From NCBI RefSeq assembly GCF_009914755.1, contig NC_060940.1: DNA of 64,000 bases; one strand, written 5' to 3'. The DNA is from the human T2T-CHM13v2.0 reference genome, Homo sapiens. Under the pieces are notes generated by a model that saw only the letters and a program-made list of their open reading frames with translations, had not been told where the DNA came from and did not search any database. This document shows positions 57,641 through 64,000 of this stretch, piece after piece. The translations under genes and the position numbers were made by a program. Each line of letters opens with the position of its first letter. Position 1 is the stretch's first letter.

Positions 57641-58579
57641 AAATATATTTAAATAATGTTAAGGCTAGAGTAGAATGACATCATGGGAAGGCTTATTGAA
57701 ACTTGGAGTGGATTCGTAGTCTGCCACGAGAATCCTTGTCTGATGTTTGTGGGTGTGTAGGACTGAATTTGAAGTCCTTAAATGGATGTCCTAACAGTGA
57801 ATAAAGACGTGGGGCTTGAATTTATGTATTATCTTATTACTCTGTCATTTTCTTGAGTGGTACACCAGAGTGCATGGAAAAGTAAATGATTGGAAGCCGC
57901 GTGGTAGTTAAGGGTGATGATGTAGGAGTGAGAACACAGGCTTGGTGCCTGGCGTCAGCACACACATCACAGGCCCTCCCTGTCAGTGGCTGTCGTCTGT
58001 TAGTGTTTCCAGCACAGCTCTAAAGAGCGACGCTTGGAGGCTGGGGAGAGGGGGATGGAGAGGCATATGATTCTGTTGACATTTAGTGACATGCGCTCTT
58101 CCCAACCAAACAGATGCAAATGGATTTTAGTTGTGAGTGGTTGTTTAACACCTGCATAAGTGACAGACCTGCAGAGACAGGTTGTGGATGGAACGCAAAT
58201 TCAAATCAGTGCATGAGAACAGCAGCTAAAGTGGACAGACCCAAATGTTTTGCCTAAATATTTGGCTCCTAGTTGTACAAAAAGCCAAATGGTTTCAATT
58301 TCATCCTATATAAACCAGATGATTGTGTATTTACTTCTCACTTGCCCTGCCAGGGGGATGGTTGGTGGGGGGAAGACAAGGACAAACAATTCGAAAGAGC
58401 AAATGAGCCAAAATCCATCTGGATTTTGTTAATGCTGATTATATAGTTTCTTCTGTTGTTTTTAATGTCTTCCAAGCCTTCTGTGTATTAGCCAGCATTA
58501 AGGGGAAAAAATGACATTTTGACTTTGACTCCCTTTGTAATGTAATGCATTGTTATGTATTTCTGAAGTTTTTCTTAAG

Positions 58580-58830
58580 GAAATAGTATATGATAATAAT
58601 GACTAGCACTCACTGAGTGTTCGTGATCGCCAGGATCAGGCCAAAGGTTTTCACGCTTGTGCCTTTTTAAACTTCTCAACAACCCAGTGAGATAGATGTT
58701 ATTAGCCCAATTTAAGGATGGGGAAAGTGGGGATTCACAGATGAAGTAACTTGCCCCTAGCATCGTACAGTCAGTGAGTGTGAGAGGTACAATTCAAACC
58801 CAGGTAGACCTGAATTAAATCTTCTGAAGC
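58580..58830 (-). mobile_element. MIR
   Basis: ctcaacaacccagtgagatag...gaagtaacttgccc. Confidence 0.7.
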
Positions 58831-58907
58831 AACTCTTCATCACCAGGTGTGGCTACCTCCAATGATTACTTTGTTTTTATGATTATCAACAAAGTTACTC
58901 TGTGGAG

Positions 58908-59207
58908 CAGGGGCAGGCAAACATTTTCTGTAAGGGAGAGACAGTATTTTATGCTTTGCAGTACAGTCTTTTGCAACTGTTCCACTTTGTCACCACAGCA
59001 CAGGAGCAGCCATGGACGCTACGTAAGAAAATGAGTATGGGAGTGTTTCAATTAAAATTATGTATGGACATGGAAACTTGAACTTTTTATGATTTTCATG
59101 ATCACAACTTACTCTGATCTCTTTCAACCATTTAAAAATATGAAAACCATTCTTAGTTTACAAGCCCTACAAACACTGGCATTGGGTTAGGTTTGGATGA
59201 TGGGCCA
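58908..59207. mobile_element. MER58B-like MITE with truncated right end
   Basis: caggggcaggcaaacattttctgtaaggg...aaccatttaaaaatatgaaaaccattcttag. Confidence 0.75.
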
Positions 59208-59263
59208 TTGCACTCCAGCCTGGGTGACAGAATGAGACTCTGTCTCAAAAAGAAGAAAATAAA
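59204..59263 (+). mobile_element. Alu 3' end fragment
   Basis: gccattgcactccagcctgggtgacagaatgagactctgtctcaaaa. Confidence 0.85.
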
Positions 59264-59308
59264 ACAGGCGTTCCTTACCTACAGCCTGCTATGATTTGGG
59301 GTTCTTGT

Positions 59309-59609
59309 ATTTTTTTTTGTTTGTTTGTTTGAGACGGAGTCTTGCTCTGTTGCCCAGGCTGGAGTACAGTGGCACGATCTCAGCTCACTACATCTCTGCC
59401 TCCCGGGTTCACGCCATTCTCCTGCCTCAGCCTCCTGAGTAGGTGGGACTACAGGCCCCCGCCACCATGCCCGGCTAATTTTTTTATTTTTAGTAGAAAC
59501 GGGGTTTCACCATGTTAGCCAGGATGGTCTCGATCTCCTGACCTCATGATCTGTCAGCCTCAGCCTCCTAAAGTGCTGGGATTACAGGCGTGAGCCACTG
59601 CGCCCGGCC
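59309..59609 (-). mobile_element. AluY-like
   Basis: ttcacgccattctcc and ttagccaggatggtctcgatc; TSD gg(t/a)tcttgtatt. Confidence 0.95.
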
Positions 59610-60129
59610 GGGGATCTTGTATTAATAGTAGGGAGACAGTAAGCAAGCAAGGCTCAGTTAATGATAAATTGTTATCAGGAGACCCAGCAGTTTCTGCTTT
59701 TTCTACCCTCCTCTTTGAGCTCTATTTAAACTAATAGGTTACTGGGTTTGAACATGCCATGCAGTGGGAAGAGGCGGGAACCCCACTGAGCTGTCCTCTA
59801 AGTGAATCATGCCCACTATTTGGTTGTGAGGCTGTGGACTTTACTTTTCACGCATGGCATTGAAAGAACAGGGAAGGGTGGATTCCCCATCTCCTCTTCC
59901 TCTTTGGAATCAGGAAAACATGTTTCTATTCTAAATGTTCTTTGATAAATAAGATTGCATGTTCCTGGCTCCTGTAACATATATTTTCTTTTTCCTTTGT
60001 CCGGCATACTTGACTAATTGTAGAGCTTTTTGAGCCTAAAACTGGATAGGAACCCAGTGCATGCACTCTTAAGGACTCAGAGGCCTGCTCAAGGTTAAGT
60101 GCAGTATGGTCTGAATAATAAGCATAGAT

Positions 60130-60380
60130 GCCCCTTTACTGAGCAGCAGCTGGGTGCTGGGCACTGTGCTAGGCATTTTTGGATGCATTTTCCTCCTCCA
60201 ACTTCACTTTCCCCTATGAGATTATTTCCTCTGTGTTAGAGACAAGAAAAATCAATTTACAGGTAGTTTAAGTGACTTGTTCAAGGCTACAGTAAGCTTG
60301 AAGTGGCAAGGATGGGATTTGAACGTCTGTCTGCTTGATTCCAAGACCGTGGCCTTTGTCATTCAGGTCATGCTGCTTTC
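60130..60380 (-). mobile_element. MIR
   Basis: gggcactgtgctaggc...taagtgacttgttcaagg...gggatttgaac. Confidence 0.65.
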
Positions 60381-60477
60381 CTCAAGGCAAGGAACTGAGG
60401 TTTTCTGTTGGCAGTGAGGTGGTGGCTTCTTGTTTCCCTGGTCTTAGATACTGCTCAACTCACAGTTGAAATGTAGA

Positions 60478-61158
60478 AGTGAAAAGTCAGACAGCAGCAG
60501 GTGTTGCTGGGAATGTGGAGAAGTTGGAACCCTCACACACCATTGGTGGGGATGTAAAATGGTACAGCTAACTTGGAAAACAGTCGGCGGTTCCTCCAAT
60601 AGTCAAGAGTTCCCATATGACCTAGCAATTCCACTCCTAGGTACGTATCAAAGAGAAATGAAAACATGGACCAAGACTTGTACATGAATGTTAATAGCTG
60701 CATTGTTCTTAATAGCCAATAGGTGGAAAAAACCCTAATGTCCATCAATGGACAAATGGATAAATATGTTGTGGTAAATGCGTGTAATGGAATATTCCAT
60801 TTTATATTCATAAAAATGGACAAAGTCCTGAGGCATTCTATAATGTGAGTGAACCTGGTAAACATGAGGCTAAGTGAAAGAAGTTAGTTACAAAAGTCCA
60901 CATATGGTGAGATTCCGTTCTGTGATATGTCCAGAACAGAGAAATTTAGAGATAGAAAATAGATGAGTGATGACTCAGGGCTGGGGGAGTTGGGGGTGGG
61001 CGGGATAGGAGGGGTAGAGGTGAAGGTGATGAAAATGTTTTGCAATTGTCTGCGTTGGTTGCACAACTCTAAATGTACTAAAAATCATTGAATTATACAA
61101 TTTTAAATGGGTGAATCGTATGGTATGTCAATTATATCTCAATAAAGCTGTTAAAAAA
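60478..61158 (+). mobile_element. L1MB-type 3' end
   Basis: ggtggggatgtaaaatggtacagc...atatgacctagcaattccactcctagg...tatatctcaataaagctgttaaaaaa. Confidence 0.85.
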
Positions 61159-62767
61159 TCTGAAAGTGTCAATTAATCTTTGCTCCCAGAGAAAACCACT
61201 CAGGGCCCGAGCTGCTCATGGGCACAAAAACCCATTCCTCAGATTCCTTGGCCATGCTGGAAGCCTGGCTTGTGTGAGAGCCTCAAGTCTCTGTAACAGC
61301 CTGGGAGTGTTGGTCCCGTCACAGGGCTGTGGCAGCCTTTAAAGCTAGAAGGCACTGCTCAGAGGAACTGGTTCCTTTGAATCCTTTTCCGTCACCATGC
61401 AAATGTTTACAAGCTCTAATCAGGAGAAATGAAAAATCACATGTCTAATTTTAAATATGTTGCCTCTGATCACAGGTGTTGTTAAAACAGCTCTTTTATG
61501 ACTTTATAAATACTCAGATTTATTTTGAAGCAATGTTTCATTATTCCTATACTATGATTAAATATTGAGACTATTGCTTTTCCAATTGTTCTATTGCAGT
61601 ATTTAATGAGTGCAATTAAATGGAAAAATTGCCTTTTTAACTGGTGATAGTCCATTAGTGTCTCTGTCTCTTCAGGAAAGAAAAGAAGTGAATTATTAGA
61701 ATGACAAATGAGGCAAAGTTACCACCGTGATGGAGAGGTGCGATTTCCCTCCACATAATCTTCAGTTAGTGATCTCTGTAAGAGAATGTTTTTCAAAAGG
61801 CTAATAGAGAAGTAATGAGATCAGAAGGAGGTCAACCCGGCCTTCTCCGTTTGGCAGCTTGATTAATTTATTTCTCCTTCTTGGAGATTGCTGCAAGGGG
61901 CTTTTGTCACCCTGTGTTTTTCATGGGACTGTAACCTGAGTGACTGCTGATATATTAGCCTTGCAGGCAAGGAAGCAAGTCCGTTGCCCTGGAATGGAAG
62001 GCATAGGAGTTAAGGGTTTGTTTGCTTTTGCAACTTGAACACACTCATTGGGAGCTTTGGATAATGACAACAATGATGATGATTTTAAGAGTTAATCAAA
62101 TTAAAGGCTATGAAATGATGCCCACTGTGGATCCTGTGCCTGGTGCTCAGCACATACAACATCATTTCATTTTCACAGCCCTTGTGACATGATAGGGCTC
62201 TTTTGCAGATGAGGAAATGCAGGCTCAGAGTTATCTAGCATTGTACCCTTAAGCAGAAGGGGGAGGTAGGAGTGAATCTCTGTCTGCCTCTAAACTCTTG
62301 AGCTCCCCTCCAGAAGTCCAGGGCTCTTAGAAACTTTGTACTCAACCATTAAATTGTTGCCATTGTGCTGAGGAGCAAGGAAACTGGGATCACACAGCTA
62401 GATCACAGTGGGGGAACCTGAATTATGGGGATGCTCACAAAAGGGCAAAACACAACGGTTGCTGTCATTTGATGCTTTATGTTAAGTGTGCATATGCTCA
62501 GTTGCAGAAACCTAAATTGCTAAATTGCAAGGCTGTATATGATATGCCAATTTGGCATATTCTGTCTTTTTATATTCTGCCACCCCTATCATACTTATGA
62601 AAATGCCAGGTTGTAATCATTCACTGGGAGAAACAAGGGGTTGAACATTGTTATCGCGCAAAGGAAGCTGGGCCTAGTAAAGGAATGTAAATACTAAAAT
62701 GCCAGCATCACTGTTACTTACTGTGTTTCTCTGGATGTATTACTTAACCTCTCTGGCTTTATTTCTG

Positions 62768-62801
62768 CCCGCCCTCCCCCCGCCCCCCCCCCCCCCCCCC
62801 C
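62768..62801 (-). repeat. Poly-C tract (G-quadruplex potential on the minus strand) inside a MIR
   Basis: cccgccctccccccgc followed by a run of about 19 C. Confidence 0.85.
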
Positions 62802-64000
62802 AATGCCTCAATCTGTGGCAGAGTTGTTACATTATTGAAAAAGAACATAAAGCATATTTTCTGGCATACAGCATATGTTTAATTTATAATTTTTGTTTTT
62901 ATCATTAAAAGCAACAGATTGCTGTATTCTTGCCTGCCACTGACATGGACTTAATTGTTTCATTTAGACATTTAAATGGGCAATACACTTAAAATGCAGA
63001 TATAACTTTGTCAAAACATGCTTATTTTAGGAAATGTGTTTCTCCAGTAAAGCTCAGTATCTGGGGCTTTTTCGGTTGTATTCTATATGAATCTTGAATA
63101 CTGAAGTTTCTCACCATGGAGATGACAAACACATAAAATGTTTACTTTGCAAACTGAATTTCTCTTGCTGCTTTTTCTGAAGTTCCCCAGAGGCTCATCA
63201 TCATCAATACCATCAATTAATAGTCATCCTTGGCTTCCTCGATCCTCAGCACTGCGCTGGGCACTGCCCCCCAGGAGCATCCATGCACCTCAAATCCTGA
63301 CCTTGTGACTTTCAAGTCCCTAAGTGACCCCACACTGAAGAATCTGGTGAAGGCCATCCAAGCCCAGAGTTCATTTAAGTGGCAGCGATGGGACCAAATT
63401 ATAGGCCAGGTCTGTCTTATGAAAGATGATAAATGGATGTGTCATATCGGGAAAGAAATCACTCTGTCATCATATGACAGGCTGGCTTGATTTCTTTGCA
63501 CCAGTGTCCCTAAAAGTTGGGATGGGGGTGTGAAGCGTGCCAGCTTTCAAAGCCAGTTGTCACTCCATTTTGTGCTGTACCTCCCCAGTTATGAATCTGG
63601 GGCATCTTCACTGGACTCTCCAAGCCCCAGTACCCTCAGTGTGGAAGGAGAAAGCATGACCCACTGGGCAGGACACAGAAGGCTTCTGTGAGAATGAAGC
63701 TCTATCATGCTTGTAGAACATGGAGCGCTCAGCAAATACAAATCACAGCCCATCTCCTCCAATCATTTGGGGTATTAGGATTCCCTTCACTCCAACTCCC
63801 ACTGGAAAACCTCTTTGCCATGACACAGAGATTCCACAATCTTCTATTTTTATTTAAAAATTTTTTTAAAGAGTGATCTTTGGTTTTCTCAGTAGATGCT
63901 TTCCTCTGAATAGCAAGCATATAGATAGTCTTCTCCTTCAGACCCACGACCATGGCTATATTATTTAGTCTACAGTGGTTCTTTGTACAAAGTGCTTCTG

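Noticed and set aside
62542-62560. Palindrome atatgccaa-t-ttggcatat
   Set aside because: 9-bp arms are within chance expectation for 64 kb.

Overview
Human (primate) genomic DNA that is almost entirely intronic. The only coding feature I can support is a short + strand terminal exon at 14834-14887 (KTKYHPPPEKCRIKIFH*). It has a branch point, a pyrimidine tract, an AG acceptor and AATAAA signals. I recall this peptide as the unique C-terminus of the truncated WWOX isoform FOR III, which would place the window in WWOX intron 5 (16q23.1, FRA16D host gene). That placement is from memory and needs a BLAT check. The rest is a repeat mosaic: about 20 near-full Alus plus 3 fragments, MIR/L2/L1M relics, MaLR, MER4 and LTR40-type LTRs, hAT MITEs, and a piggyBac MER75 that retains the PGBD4-like N-terminal ORF. 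It also contains Alu-free AT-rich blocks that look like enhancers. Apart from the MER75 remnant, the supplied ORFs appear to be repeat- or chance-derived. I found no evidence of a wholly new gene system. The most interesting signals are an apparent multi-step templated insertion inside an Alu, a 29/58-bp minisatellite with seven perfect RBPJ sites, a 260-bp dispersed local duplication, a triplicated LTR junction, an inverted E-box hairpin, close inverted Alu pairs and a palindromic TA/CG tract. Repeat subfamily names are by eye, and boundaries are approximate unless a TSD is cited.
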